Shown here: in pieces, positions 33,463 through 44,471 of the stretch
Layout: each line of letters begins with the position of its first letter
Numbering within the stretch: position 1 is the first letter of the stretch
Notes under the pieces: generated by a model
What the model was told of the DNA's origin: nothing
Seen by the model: only the letters and a program-made list of their open reading frames with translations
Databases searched by the model: none
Source: Chitinophagales bacterium
GTDB taxonomy: Bacteria; Bacteroidota; Bacteroidia; Chitinophagales; BACL12
Assembly (NCBI GenBank): GCA_020636645.1
Contig: JACJXO010000002.1
Span: 99,375-163,374 of the forward strand
DNA: 64,000 bases
Direction of reading: 5' to 3'
Translations under genes and position numbers: made by a program

Positions 33463-35136
33463 ATGAACGTTATAGCTCAACCTGTATTCTTCTTACCTTT
33501 AAGCGTGTTAATGAAGAAGTGGATCTGGATAATATGGTTTCTCCTGCCGGTGGTTACATCTGCCCAGGATAGCAACCGGGTGCCGGGACAACTGATCGTG
33601 GAGCTTTTCAGCGATGCCCGGCCGGAACAGCTGATCGCCGACCTGCAACAGGCAGGTTTTGATTGTCAATTGGCCTATGTCTGTGTGCAGGCACTGCACC
33701 TGTATGTCATTTCCATACCGGAAGAAGCTCATGAACAGGTATTCGCATATTGTCAGCAGCATCCTGATGTAAAGCAGCTGCAGTACAACCACTACCTCGA
33801 GATCAGGGGTTTTCCGGACGACAGCTCTTTTGACCTGCAGTGGGCTTTGTACAACGACGGTTCTACAGGTGGTACCGATGATGCAGACATCGATGCAGAT
33901 CTGGCCTGGGATCTCAGCACCGGTGGCTGGACCGCAGAAGGAGATACCATTGTGATAGCCATTGTGGACGATGGTTTCTACCTGCCCCACAATGACCTAG
34001 TGTTTCGCAAGAATTATTCTGAGATTCCCGGAAACGGATTAGATGACGACGACAACGGCTTTATTGATGATTTTGATGGCTGGAACAGCCTGGATAATTC
34101 TGATAACTTGCCTGAATTCAGTCACGGCACCCATGTGTCAGGCATTGCAGGTGCCCGCGGTGACAATGCACTCGGTGTGACCGGTGTCAACTGGAATGTA
34201 CAGATCCTGCCACTATCCATCGGTGCAGGTGCAGTGATAGAGAGTAATGTGCTGGAGTGTTACGGTTATGTCTATACAGAACGCAAACGCTATGATGACA
34301 GCAACGGAACAGAGGGGAGTTTCATTGTTGCCACCAATGCATCATTCGGTATCGACTTTGCAGACCCGAATGACTTTCCTTTGTGGTGCAGCATGTATGA
34401 CAGCCTGGGTACCCTGGGCATTCTCAGTGCAGGAGCAACGGCTAATTCCAATGTGAACATAGACCTGGTTGGTGATATGCCCACCGCATGCAGCAGTGAT
34501 TTTCTCATTACAGTGAACAGCACCAACAAGACCGATAATAAATCAACCTCCGGATATGGTTCAGTTTCTATTGATCTGGGCGCACCGGGTTCGCTGATAT
34601 ACTCTACCGTGGTAGGCAACTCCTGGAATTACCAGACAGGTACCTCCATGGCTGCTCCGCATGTGGCGGGTGCTGTGGCGCTGATGCTGAGTTATGGTTG
34701 TGAGAATTTTCTATATCAATATAAGCATGATCCGGAAACGGCTGCGCTGGCATTGAAGCAATTTATTCTGGATGGTGTGGATCCGCTGGAAGACCTGGAT
34801 ACCATTACCGTAAGTGGTGGCCGGCTGAACGTATATAATGCCATGCTGATGCTGGATGAATATTGTGATACCCTGACAGCCATCGCACAGGTGGACGAGG
34901 TGCAGTTCGGGCTGTATCCCAATCCCGCAACAGACTACCTGACCATACAAACCAATGGCGGGTATTTTCTTTATACTTTAGCAGACGTTTGGGGCAGGAC
35001 CTGCCGGTCGGGCGAAATATCCGGTCGTACAACTGCCCTGGTAGATATCCGGAACCTCCCCGCCGGCATCTATGTTTGTACACTACGCACTTCGGCAGGA
35101 AAGCCTGCCGGCTCTGCCAGGGTGGTAGTGGAGTAA
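33463..35136 (+). CDS. Subtilisin-like S8 serine peptidase with a T9SS C-terminal sorting domain.
   Basis: Catalytic triad motifs IAIVDDG (Asp), HGTHVSGIAG (His), GTSMAAPHVAGAVALM (Ser). CTD LYPNPATDYLTIQ...VVVE. Likely true start MKKWIWIIWFLL at about 33511. Confidence 0.85.
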   Translation: MNVIAQPVFFLPLSVLMKKWIWIIWFLLPVVTSAQDSNRVPGQLIVELFSDARPEQLIADLQQAGFDCQLAYVCVQALHLYVISIPEEAHEQVFAYCQQHPDVKQLQYNHYLEIRGFPDDSSFDLQWALYNDGSTGGTDDADIDADLAWDLSTGGWTAEGDTIVIAIVDDGFYLPHNDLVFRKNYSEIPGNGLDDDDNGFIDDFDGWNSLDNSDNLPEFSHGTHVSGIAGARGDNALGVTGVNWNVQILPLSIGAGAVIESNVLECYGYVYTERKRYDDSNGTEGSFIVATNASFGIDFADPNDFPLWCSMYDSLGTLGILSAGATANSNVNIDLVGDMPTACSSDFLITVNSTNKTDNKSTSGYGSVSIDLGAPGSLIYSTVVGNSWNYQTGTSMAAPHVAGAVALMLSYGCENFLYQYKHDPETAALALKQFILDGVDPLEDLDTITVSGGRLNVYNAMLMLDEYCDTLTAIAQVDEVQFGLYPNPATDYLTIQTNGGYFLYTLADVWGRTCRSGEISGRTTALVDIRNLPAGIYVCTLRTSAGKPAGSARVVVE

Positions 35137-35137
35137 G

Positions 35138-36847
35138 TTGACAACAATGGATAAACGCTGGGTGATCAGAGAGTCGGATGCCGGTGCCGTGCATATTTTG
35201 CAGGAGGCCCTGGGTATCCATCCCGTACTGTGCAAGCTGCTGGTGGACAGGGGTATCGACACATACGATAAAGCCAAACAATTCTTTCGTCCGCAACTGA
35301 GCGATCTGCACAATCCCTTTGAGATGAAGGGCATGCGGGAAGCCGTCAACCGTATCCTTCGGGCATCGGAACAGGGTGAACGCATTCTGGTGTACGGCGA
35401 CTATGATGTGGACGGCACCACTTCAGTGGCGCTGATGTTCTCCTTCCTCAACCGCTTCTATCCTAATATAGATTACTACATACCCGACCGCTACAAAGAA
35501 GGGTATGGCATTTCCTTTCAGGGGATAGATTATGCAGAAGACAACAACTGTGCACTCATCATTGCACTGGATTGTGGTATCAAGGCAGTGGAACAGGTAG
35601 CCTATGCCAATAGCAAGGGCATTGACATGATCATCTGCGACCACCACCTTCCCGGCGATGAACTGCCTGCTGCGGTGGCCATCCTCGATCCGCATCAGCC
35701 GGATTGCAACTATCCCTATAAATACCTGAGCGGTTGTGGCATCGGTTTCAAACTGGCACAGGCCATCACCCTGGAGGCAGGACTGGACGAAGACCGTGCC
35801 CTTGACCTCCTGGATCTTGTGGCAGTGAGTATTGCAAGTGACATTGTTCCCATCACAGGAGAGAACAGAGTGCTTGCGTTTTATGGACTGCGGAAGATGG
35901 ATACCAACCCTACCAAAGGTCTGAAAGCCCTGATGGAGATCAGCGATGTGCGCCCACCCCTGAGCATCAGCAAGATCGTGTTCGGTCTCGGTCCACGCAT
36001 CAATGCTGCCGGCCGGCTGGATGATGCCCGGAAGGCTGTGCGCATGCTCATCAGCAGTACTGATCAGTTTGCCCGCAACCATGCCGGCGATCTGCAGGGG
36101 CACAACATGGACAGAAAAGAAATTGACCGCAGCATCACTGCAGAAGCCCTGGAGATGCTGGACAATGATCCGCTTACTCCCGAACGGGTCACGAACGTGC
36201 TGTTCAATCCTGCCTGGCATAAAGGGGTCATTGGTATTGTGGCCAGTCGCATCATGGACCACTATTACAAACCCACCATCATGCTGACCGAGAGCAACGG
36301 TGTGGTTGCCGGATCGGCACGGTCAGTAAAAGGCTATGATGTGTATGAGGCCATCAGTGCATGTGGCGATCTCCTGGAGCAGTTCGGCGGACATATGTAC
36401 GCAGCCGGACTCACCATGAAGCCGGAAAATGTAGAGGCATTCAAAGACAGATTTGAGAAGGTGGTCAAGTCAACCATCAGACCTGAACAGCTGATACCAG
36501 AGATCGAGATAGACGCGGTACTGAACCTGAAAGACATCACACCCGGTTTTTACAAGATACTTCGTCAGTTCGCCCCGTTCGGTCCGGAAAACCTGCCGCC
36601 CGTTTTCATCACGGAAGAGCTGACCTGCAACGGCAGGAGCAAGGTGGTGGGCAACGGTCATCTCAAACTCGATGTGCGAGACAGAAACCGCTTCCGGGCA
36701 AGCGGCATCGCCTTCCAGCAGGGAGATCATTATCCCTATGTATCTTCGGGCTATCCGTTCGACCTGGCCTATTACCTCGAAGAGAATGAGTTCAACGGCC
36801 AGACGAATCTGCAACTAAACGTCAAAGACATCCGCGTACACGCATGA
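35138..36847 (+). CDS. recJ: Single-stranded-DNA-specific exonuclease RecJ.
   Basis: DHH ([17 protein letters not shown]) and DHHA1 motifs. 569 aa. Confidence 0.85.
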   Translation: MTTMDKRWVIRESDAGAVHILQEALGIHPVLCKLLVDRGIDTYDKAKQFFRPQLSDLHNPFEMKGMREAVNRILRASEQGERILVYGDYDVDGTTSVALMFSFLNRFYPNIDYYIPDRYKEGYGISFQGIDYAEDNNCALIIALDCGIKAVEQVAYANSKGIDMIICDHHLPGDELPAAVAILDPHQPDCNYPYKYLSGCGIGFKLAQAITLEAGLDEDRALDLLDLVAVSIASDIVPITGENRVLAFYGLRKMDTNPTKGLKALMEISDVRPPLSISKIVFGLGPRINAAGRLDDARKAVRMLISSTDQFARNHAGDLQGHNMDRKEIDRSITAEALEMLDNDPLTPERVTNVLFNPAWHKGVIGIVASRIMDHYYKPTIMLTESNGVVAGSARSVKGYDVYEAISACGDLLEQFGGHMYAAGLTMKPENVEAFKDRFEKVVKSTIRPEQLIPEIEIDAVLNLKDITPGFYKILRQFAPFGPENLPPVFITEELTCNGRSKVVGNGHLKLDVRDRNRFRASGIAFQQGDHYPYVSSGYPFDLAYYLEENEFNGQTNLQLNVKDIRVHA

Positions 36848-37593
36848 TACTCCGCTCAGAAGGACTGGTCAAGAAATACAAACGCCGCACCGTGGTGAAC
36901 GAGGTCAGTGTGCAGGTGGAACAGGGTGAGATCGTCGGGCTGCTGGGCCCCAACGGCGCCGGCAAGACCACCAGTTTCTATATGATCGTAGGGCTCATCA
37001 AGGCTGATGCAGGAGAAGTCTATCTGGACAACAAGCCCATCACCAAACTGCCCATGTACAAACGGGCTCAGCTGGGAGTGGGCTATCTGCCGCAGGAAGC
37101 CAGTGTATTCCGGAAGATGAGCGTGGAAGATAATATTGCCGCTGTATTGCAGATGACGAAACTGAGCAGGAAGGAACAGGCACACAAACTGGAAGAACTC
37201 ATAGATGAATTCGGTCTTGGACACGTGCGAAAAAGCAACGGCGATGTACTGTCAGGCGGTGAAAGAAGACGCACGGAAATAGCCAGGGCTCTGGCCGTGA
37301 ATCCCAAATTCATCCTGCTCGACGAACCCTTTGCCGGCATCGACCCCATTGCGGTAGAAGACATACAGGGCATCGTGGAAACACTGAAGTTCAAAAAGAT
37401 CGGTGTGCTCATCACTGACCACAACGTGCAGGAGACCCTGAGTATCACAGACCGTGCTTATCTGTTGTTTGAAGGGAAGATCCTGAAACAGGGCAGTGCA
37501 GAAGAACTGGCAGAGGATCCGCAGGTGCGAAAGGTCTATCTGGGCCAGAGCTTTGAGCTGCGCCGCAAGGTGCGGAACGGAAGTAGTAATTAG
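36844..37593 (+). CDS. lptB: LPS export ABC transporter ATP-binding protein LptB.
   Basis: Walker [10 protein letters not shown], signature LSGGERRR, Walker [10 protein letters not shown]. 249 aa. Confidence 0.8.
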   Translation: MILRSEGLVKKYKRRTVVNEVSVQVEQGEIVGLLGPNGAGKTTSFYMIVGLIKADAGEVYLDNKPITKLPMYKRAQLGVGYLPQEASVFRKMSVEDNIAAVLQMTKLSRKEQAHKLEELIDEFGLGHVRKSNGDVLSGGERRRTEIARALAVNPKFILLDEPFAGIDPIAVEDIQGIVETLKFKKIGVLITDHNVQETLSITDRAYLLFEGKILKQGSAEELAEDPQVRKVYLGQSFELRRKVRNGSSN

Positions 37594-37648
37594 CTGATCA
37601 GAGAATGAGCTGACCGGTCAATCAGATCTCTACCTGTATTCTCTTTCC

Positions 37649-38896
37649 TCACACATTCTCCAGCGCCTGTCTGATATCATCGATCAGATCTTCGTGGTGT
37701 TCCACACCGATCGATATACGCACCAGACTTTCAGATATATGATGTTTCAGTTTATCTGCAGGTGATACATCGGCATGTGTCATCGTAGCAGGATGTTCTG
37801 CCAGCGATTCGGTACTTCCCAGGGAAACCGCCAGGCGTATCAGCTTCAGTCCGTTCAGGAATCGGAAAGCTTCAGCCTCTCCACCCTTTACATCGAAGCT
37901 CAGCATGGCACCGGATGAGCTGTATTGTTTTTCGCGTATGCGGTACTGTTCACTGCCTTCTTCCAGATGCCCCAGGTAATACAGTTTCTCCACTTTAGGA
38001 TGATCCTTCAGAAAATCTGCCACCTGCCTGGCATTGGCTGCCTGGGTCTCCATGCGTGGTTTCAGGGTTTCCAGACTGCGCATCATGAGCCAGCCGGTAA
38101 AGGGACTGCACATGTTTCCCAGAAAAGTGCGCAATCCACGAACCCGGGTCATCAGCTCTCTGTTGCCCAGCACGGCACCTGCTATGAGGTCACTGTGACC
38201 TCCAATGTATTTGGTAGCGCTGTACACCACCAGATCGGCACCGAGCTGGAGCGGGTGGCTCCACAATGGTCCCATGTAGGTATTATCGACCACAACAAGC
38301 ACCTTTCGTTCATCAGTGGAAAAATGATCGGCGATCTCGCGGCACATTTCCAGATCGATCAGGGCATTGGTGGGGTTGGCCGGTGTTTCCACATAGATCA
38401 TCGCCAGTTTGCCACCTTGTTCCTGTTCCACTTTTTGGATGATCTCTTCCTTGCGCATGGAGGCATTGAATTCCACATGACCTACACTCCACTTGGGCAG
38501 CACATGGTTGATGCTGTGATCGGTTCCGCCATAAACCGGAGAGGAATACAACAGCACATCTCCGGGCTGCAGGAATTCCAGCATGACCGTGGTGATAGCA
38601 CCCATACCGGAAGCGAACACAGCGCAGTCTTCAGCCTTATCCCATAAACAAAGACGGTTCTCCAGGATCTCCAGGTCGGGGTTGTTCAGGCGGCTGTAGA
38701 TCAGTCCGGGCACTTCATTCACTTCTGCCTGCTGCAATCCATAGGCCAGCTCAAAGAAACGTTTGCCTTCTTCTGCAGTTTTGAAAACAAAGGTGGAGGT
38801 CTGAAAGATCGGGCATTTCACGGCCCCTTCACTGAGTTCCGGCTTATAGCCAAAGCCCATCATCAGGCTTTCCGGGTGGAGATTCTTGTTGTCCAT
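37649..38896 (-). CDS. Cys/Met-metabolism PLP-dependent enzyme (cystathionine gamma-synthase / beta-lyase / methionine gamma-lyase family).
   Basis: SATKYIGGHSDLIAGAV PLP-lysine motif and overall trans-sulfuration fold. Confidence 0.7.
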   Translation of the reverse strand: MDNKNLHPESLMMGFGYKPELSEGAVKCPIFQTSTFVFKTAEEGKRFFELAYGLQQAEVNEVPGLIYSRLNNPDLEILENRLCLWDKAEDCAVFASGMGAITTVMLEFLQPGDVLLYSSPVYGGTDHSINHVLPKWSVGHVEFNASMRKEEIIQKVEQEQGGKLAMIYVETPANPTNALIDLEMCREIADHFSTDERKVLVVVDNTYMGPLWSHPLQLGADLVVYSATKYIGGHSDLIAGAVLGNRELMTRVRGLRTFLGNMCSPFTGWLMMRSLETLKPRMETQAANARQVADFLKDHPKVEKLYYLGHLEEGSEQYRIREKQYSSSGAMLSFDVKGGEAEAFRFLNGLKLIRLAVSLGSTESLAEHPATMTHADVSPADKLKHHISESLVRISIGVEHHEDLIDDIRQALENV

Positions 38897-38968
38897 GATG
38901 CAAAGGTAGAATTACCCCTGACCGGAGACAGGGTGATTTTTATCAGCATAGATAAATGAACCGGATGT

Positions 38969-40066
38969 TTAGTTGTTATATACCCGTTTCATCCATCTGG
39001 GAAGAAAGAAAATTCCCATTAGCAGATAAGGGTAAAAGGAGATCATGCGCCAGAGCAAAGCCATGATTGGTACCAGTGCCGGACTGGTGATATCGCACAT
39101 CAAAGCACTGAAACTGATCTCAGCTACTCCGGCACCTCCGGGTGTGGCAGGTATCAGGGTGATCATCCAGACCACTGTTTGCCGGGCCATGACCACCAGG
39201 TATTCCAGTGTTGCAGGATCAAAAAATGCCATGAAAATAAATACGCTGATGAGAAAGAGAGATAACCAGGCCAACAGGGTGCTGCCAACGGCTTTCAACC
39301 AGAAGCGCAGGTTCTTTCCTTTCAGCATGTGAGAGGTGGCTACAATATCATCGCCGGTGCGAAGGGCCTCTGCTTTCCAGCGTTTCAGGAACGGGAGAGA
39401 AAACAATCTGCCCAGAAAGGATTTGAATGCGCCGGCATTGACAAAAAGTCCCCAGGCCAGTCCGATCACCACCAGCAGGTAAAAGATGTAGGCCACATAA
39501 TACAGGGTCTCTACATTGTGGAAGAGACGCATCATGGGCAGTTCACTCTGGGTGCGACAGCCCATGTCTTTGGCGAACATCTCTTCACTGCCTACAAGCA
39601 GGGTGAACAGAGGTGCGATGACCGCGAATACTGCCTGATCCAGAAAGACAGTGAGCATACTGGTGGTGGCACTTTGTCCTACACTCAGCTTTTCTTTTTT
39701 AAGAAGATAAACCGCCACAGCAGCACCACCTACAGTAGAAGGGGTCACGGCAGAGCTGAATAACCAAAGTGTGATGACCTCGAAACTTTGTCGCCAGCTC
39801 AGGTGCTTGTTGGTCAGATGGCGGATGCGGTACATGTATGCCAGGTGTCTGATACCCAGCAGGATATAGCCCAGAAAGAGGAGAAGCAGGCTGTTGGCAG
39901 TCCAGGAGATGAGCCGGAAGGCATCTACGTCAAAAGAGACAAATATGAGGTAGCCTGACAGGACCAGACTGAGTGCAATGACCCAGAGGACCTTACGATA
40001 ACTGAACTGTTTATTCAGTTGTTCGGCCTGATCTGAAACCGGTATGTCCGGTTCAGGCTGCGTCAT
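38969..40066 (-). CDS. Integral membrane protein, lysylphosphatidylglycerol-synthase-TM / flippase-like (UPF0104) family.
   Basis: 8-10 predicted TM helices with a basic C-terminus. 365 aa. Confidence 0.5.
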   Translation of the reverse strand: MTQPEPDIPVSDQAEQLNKQFSYRKVLWVIALSLVLSGYLIFVSFDVDAFRLISWTANSLLLLFLGYILLGIRHLAYMYRIRHLTNKHLSWRQSFEVITLWLFSSAVTPSTVGGAAVAVYLLKKEKLSVGQSATTSMLTVFLDQAVFAVIAPLFTLLVGSEEMFAKDMGCRTQSELPMMRLFHNVETLYYVAYIFYLLVVIGLAWGLFVNAGAFKSFLGRLFSLPFLKRWKAEALRTGDDIVATSHMLKGKNLRFWLKAVGSTLLAWLSLFLISVFIFMAFFDPATLEYLVVMARQTVVWMITLIPATPGGAGVAEISFSALMCDITSPALVPIMALLWRMISFYPYLLMGIFFLPRWMKRVYNN

Positions 40067-40820
40067 CTTCGCGGAACTGGTTGTAGCTTACCCAGAACTG
40101 ATTGAAACCTTCGCCAATGAGCAGATCGATTCGCTGCAGCTGGATCAGGTCGAGCACAGAGAGGAAACGGAATATGGCCTGGTGACGATCTGCGCAGGTG
40201 GAGAATAATTCCTCGAAGTCCACCCGGTCTTTCGACTTGCAGAAACTGATCACATTGTCTGCTTCTTCTTCGATGGTGTAGTTGTACTGAAACACTACGT
40301 GTTCTACCTCTTCCGGCTGATGCCGATAGCGTTCCATCACCTTTTCAAAAACCTTCAGCAGGGTGAACAGATTGACAGCGCTCAGCTCCATCTCATTGCT
40401 GAACTGTTTGGCCAGCACAGAATGTTCGGCCTGGATATTGCCACGCTGCATCTTGAAGCGGCGCTGGTCTTCCAGGTTGCCCAGTTCTTCCAGTACGTCT
40501 TTGTAGCGTTTGTATTCCACCAGACGATCCACGAGTTCTTTCCGCGGATCGATCTCATTGCCAAATTCATCCAGTTCTTTTCTGGGCAGCAGCATTTTGG
40601 CTTTGATGCGCATCAGGGTGGCTGCCACCAGGATGAACTCACTGGCCACCTCGATGTTGAGCTGGTTCATCTGGTGGATATAATCCAGAAAATCGTTGGT
40701 GATGCGGGAGATGGGAATATCATAGATATCCAGCTCATCCCGCTCAATGAAGAAGAGCAGCAGGTCGAACGGCCCCTCGAACTGGGGCAGTTTGATCTCA
40801 AAGGTCTCGTTAGACGCCAT
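40053..40820 (-). CDS. scpA: Segregation and condensation protein A.
   Basis: FEGPFDLLLFFIERDELDIYDIPISRIT kleisin N-terminal signature. Confidence 0.8.
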   Translation of the reverse strand: MASNETFEIKLPQFEGPFDLLLFFIERDELDIYDIPISRITNDFLDYIHQMNQLNIEVASEFILVAATLMRIKAKMLLPRKELDEFGNEIDPRKELVDRLVEYKRYKDVLEELGNLEDQRRFKMQRGNIQAEHSVLAKQFSNEMELSAVNLFTLLKVFEKVMERYRHQPEEVEHVVFQYNYTIEEEADNVISFCKSKDRVDFEELFSTCADRHQAIFRFLSVLDLIQLQRIDLLIGEGFNQFWVSYNQFREDDAA

Positions 40821-40847
40821 CGGGTTCGAAGTTAAGGAGTCTGCTGA

Positions 40848-43049
40848 TTAGTTGGCCACCTCACTCATGAACTTGATGTGGAGTAACTGGACCTCTTCGT
40901 AGCTCAATCCTTCATCCTTGAGTTCATTGAACGCTTCTTTCAGATCGCCGCTTTCCATCTCGCGGAAGAAATCCATGACCTCATCCTGCAGATCCTCTTC
41001 TATGATGTCATTGAGGTAATAGTCGAGGTTGAGTTTGGTGCCACTGGTTACGATGCTGCTGATCTCATCGATCAGCTCGATCATCTTCATCCCACGGTTG
41101 CGGGCGATCTCATCCAGCGGCAGCTTCTTGTCGATGTTCTGGATGATGTGGATCTTGTGCACGCTCTTGTTGGCCACCTGCTTCATGGTGTTGAAGTCGC
41201 CCGGGCGCTCGATCTCATTTTCCTCTACATACTTCTTGATAGCAGCTGCGAATTTGACGCCGTATTTGTTCGCCTTACCGGCACTCACCCCGCCTATCTT
41301 GCTCAGCTCTTCCAGATTGCAGGGATAGGTAGTAGCCATCTCTTCCAAAGAGCTTTCGCTGAAGATGACATAAGGTGGCAGCTTTTGTTCTTTCGCCACA
41401 CTTTCGCGGATCTTCACCAGCATACTGAACAGGGTTTGGTCGAGCACACTCTTTCCACCACTTCCTTCCACCTGCACATCGGCAGCTTCTGCCTCGTAAT
41501 CATGGTTGATGGAGAGCTTGATGTTCTTCGGCTTGTCGTTGAATTTTCGTCCTGCATCGGTAAGCCTGATGAGACCGTACTGTTCAATGTCTTTATACAC
41601 CAGTGATTCCAGCAAACACTGACGCAATACCGAATGCCAGAAATGGTCGTCCTTCTCTTTGCCGCTGCCGAATATTTCCAGCTGGTCGTGCCGGTAATTC
41701 CCGATCTCCGTGGTACGCTTGCCCATGAGCAGGTCCACCAGATAAGGAATGCCATAATTCTCGTTGACAGCCTGCACCACTTTCAGGGCGGTTTGCACGA
41801 AGGTCTTGCCTTCTATCTTTTCTTTCGGGTTGAGACAATTGTCGCAGTGCCCGCAGTTATCCTGGTCATATCCTTCGCCGAAATAGTGCAGCAGGAAGCG
41901 GCGGCGGCAGACAGAAGTCTCTGCGTAAGCAGCAGTTTCGGCGAGCAGCTGAGCGCCCATCTCCCGTTCAGCCAAAGGTTTATCACGCATGAACTTCTCC
42001 AGCTTCTCGATATCCTTATAGCTGTAGAAGGCGATGCATTTTCCCTCCAGTCCGTCACGACCTGCACGACCCGTTTCCTGGTAGTAGTTCTCGATGGATT
42101 TGGGAATATCGAAGTGGATGACAAAACGCACGTCCGGCTTGTCGATACCCATTCCGAAGGCGATGGTGGCCACGATCACATGCATCTCTTCCATCAGGAA
42201 CTGGTCCTGCACCTGGGTTCTGGTAGCAGCTTCCATACCGGCGTGGTAGGGCACCGCCTTGATGCCATTCACGTTCAGCAGTTCTGCGATCTCTTCCGTG
42301 CTCTTGCGGTTCAGACAATATACAATACCCGATTTATTGGGATGCTCCTGTATGTACTTGACGATCTGCTTGATGGCCTGCTCGCGGCTGCGTTTGGGGC
42401 GGATCTCATAGTAGAGGTTAGGGCGGTTGAACGACGACAGGAAGACGTTGGGGTCTTCGAGGTCGAGGTTCTTTTTGATATCGCTCTGCACCTTAGGGGT
42501 GGCAGTTGCGGTAAGGGCGATGATCGGGATCTTCGCATCGATCTGCCCGATCATGGTCTTGATCTGGCGGTACTCCGGGCGGAAGTCATGGCCCCATTCT
42601 GAGATACAATGGGCCTCGTCCACAGCGATGAAAGAAACCTTGATGCCCCGGAAGAATTCCAGGTTCTCTTCCTTCTTCAGGGTTTCGGGAGCTACATACA
42701 GCATCTTGGTCTTGCCTGAGGTAATGTCGGCCTTCACCTTTTTGATGGTGGTGCGACTGAGGGTCGAGTTCAGGAAATGGGCAATGTTGTCATTACTGCT
42801 GTAGCTGCGCACCAGGTCCACCTGGTTCTTCATCAGGGCGATCAGCGGAGAGATGATGATGGCAGTGCCCTCCAGCATGACAGCGGGCAGCTGATAGCAC
42901 AGCGATTTGCCGCCACCGGTGGGCATGATGACAAAGGTGTCACGTCCATCCAGCATACTTTGGATGATGGCCTCCTGATTTCCCTTAAATGTGTTAAAGC
43001 CGAAGTACTCCTGCAGGGCTTCTTTCAATGATAATTCACTGGTTAGCAT
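40848..43049 (-). CDS. recQ: ATP-dependent DNA helicase RecQ.
   Basis: DEAD/DEAH helicase motifs (MPTGGGKSLCYQLPA, DEAH), RQC zinc-binding Cys cluster, C-terminal HRDC domain. 733 aa. Confidence 0.9.
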   Translation of the reverse strand: MLTSELSLKEALQEYFGFNTFKGNQEAIIQSMLDGRDTFVIMPTGGGKSLCYQLPAVMLEGTAIIISPLIALMKNQVDLVRSYSSNDNIAHFLNSTLSRTTIKKVKADITSGKTKMLYVAPETLKKEENLEFFRGIKVSFIAVDEAHCISEWGHDFRPEYRQIKTMIGQIDAKIPIIALTATATPKVQSDIKKNLDLEDPNVFLSSFNRPNLYYEIRPKRSREQAIKQIVKYIQEHPNKSGIVYCLNRKSTEEIAELLNVNGIKAVPYHAGMEAATRTQVQDQFLMEEMHVIVATIAFGMGIDKPDVRFVIHFDIPKSIENYYQETGRAGRDGLEGKCIAFYSYKDIEKLEKFMRDKPLAEREMGAQLLAETAAYAETSVCRRRFLLHYFGEGYDQDNCGHCDNCLNPKEKIEGKTFVQTALKVVQAVNENYGIPYLVDLLMGKRTTEIGNYRHDQLEIFGSGKEKDDHFWHSVLRQCLLESLVYKDIEQYGLIRLTDAGRKFNDKPKNIKLSINHDYEAEAADVQVEGSGGKSVLDQTLFSMLVKIRESVAKEQKLPPYVIFSESSLEEMATTYPCNLEELSKIGGVSAGKANKYGVKFAAAIKKYVEENEIERPGDFNTMKQVANKSVHKIHIIQNIDKKLPLDEIARNRGMKMIELIDEISSIVTSGTKLNLDYYLNDIIEEDLQDEVMDFFREMESGDLKEAFNELKDEGLSYEEVQLLHIKFMSEVAN

Positions 43050-43204
43050 ACGTCACTAATTCTAAAACGGTCAATTTCACTCTTGCAGAACGGATATTTA
43101 TGCAACTTTGCATTGCAATTCCGCTCTCACAGGGCTACCGGTGTGCGTGTTTAAATATACTGAATAACAAACAGAACCGGAGTACAAAAATTACATAGGC
43201 AGGG

Positions 43205-44284
43205 ATGGATAACGTTTATGTGGCGATCATGGCCGGGGGTATCGGCAGCAGGTTCTGGCCAGAAAGCAGGGCGAGCAAACCAAAGCAATTCCTCGACATC
43301 CTGAACACGGGGGAGACCCTGATACAGACCACCTTCCGGCGGTTTTTGAAAATAGTTGCCAAAGATAACATTTTCATTGTTACCAATGAAGACTATGTAG
43401 GACTGATATTAGAGCAGATACCGGATGTGAATCCGGCCAATATCCTGGCCGAGCCGGCACGCCGTAACACTGCTCCCTGTGTTGCCTACGTGAGCCATAA
43501 GATCGCTGCCATCAACCCGGATGCCAGGGTTGTCGTGGCACCTTCTGATCATCTGATACTCAATGAGCCTAAGTTCCTGGAATTCATAGGCAAAGCACTC
43601 CAGCATACGGAGACCCACGACCACCTGGTCACCCTGGGTATTCACCCTACCAGGCCCGATACCGGTTATGGTTATATCCAGTTCACCGACCGCGAAGCAG
43701 CACCGGGCATCTTCAAGGTGAAGACCTTCACGGAAAAGCCCAACCTCGAACTGGCGGTCACCTTCCTGCGCTCCGGCGATTTCCTTTGGAATGCCGGTAT
43801 CTTCATATGGAAGGTAGAGGCCATTCTTGATGCATTTGACCACCATCTGCAGGATATGCACCAGGCTTTCTGGCAGGCGAGGAAGATGTTCGGTCACCCG
43901 GAAGAAAAGGCTGCAATAGAAAAAGCTTATTCCCTTTGTACCAATATATCCATTGACTACGGCATCATGGAAAAGGCCGATAATGTCTTCGTCATTCCCG
44001 CCAGTTTCGGCTGGAGCGACCTGGGTACCTGGGCATCGCTGTGGAACAACTACAACCGCGACTACTGGGGCAATGCCGTGAAAGGCAAGAAAGTCATGAT
44101 CTACGACAGCAAGGATTGTATGGTTATGGCACCCGACGATAAACTGGTCATCCTCCAGGGTCTGGATGAATACATCATCATAGATCAGGGCGATGTGCTG
44201 CTGATCTGTAAAAAGGAGCACGAACAGGAGATCAAGAACATCACCGCTGATGTGAAGCGCAGACTGGGCGACAGATTCCTGTAA
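43205..44284 (+). CDS. manC: Mannose-1-phosphate guanylyltransferase.
   Basis: AIMAGGIGSRFWPESRASKPKQF nucleotidyltransferase N-terminus. 359 aa. Confidence 0.8.
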   Translation: MDNVYVAIMAGGIGSRFWPESRASKPKQFLDILNTGETLIQTTFRRFLKIVAKDNIFIVTNEDYVGLILEQIPDVNPANILAEPARRNTAPCVAYVSHKIAAINPDARVVVAPSDHLILNEPKFLEFIGKALQHTETHDHLVTLGIHPTRPDTGYGYIQFTDREAAPGIFKVKTFTEKPNLELAVTFLRSGDFLWNAGIFIWKVEAILDAFDHHLQDMHQAFWQARKMFGHPEEKAAIEKAYSLCTNISIDYGIMEKADNVFVIPASFGWSDLGTWASLWNNYNRDYWGNAVKGKKVMIYDSKDCMVMAPDDKLVILQGLDEYIIIDQGDVLLICKKEHEQEIKNITADVKRRLGDRFL

Positions 44285-44471
44285 GGAGGGAAAGGAATTT
44301 AGGAAAATTATCTCCCTACCCGATTCAAAACATAGCAACCTGTCTCAGCCATGTCACAGGCCACAGGACATGGCGAGATACCAGAATATATCAGATGCCT
44401 GGTCTAGTTCTGCTGACCCGGCCGGGACGGTAGGGTCTAGAGGAGAAAAGAGCTGAACCCCAATACAAACC

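Noticed and set aside
41634-42602. 322-aa plus-strand ORF inside recQ. Similar long antisense ORFs occur inside manC (43409-44338), recJ (35423-36262) and the PLP enzyme gene (37925-38647).
   Set aside because: All are antisense to well-supported genes with clear motifs. They have no signal peptides, domains or RBS context.
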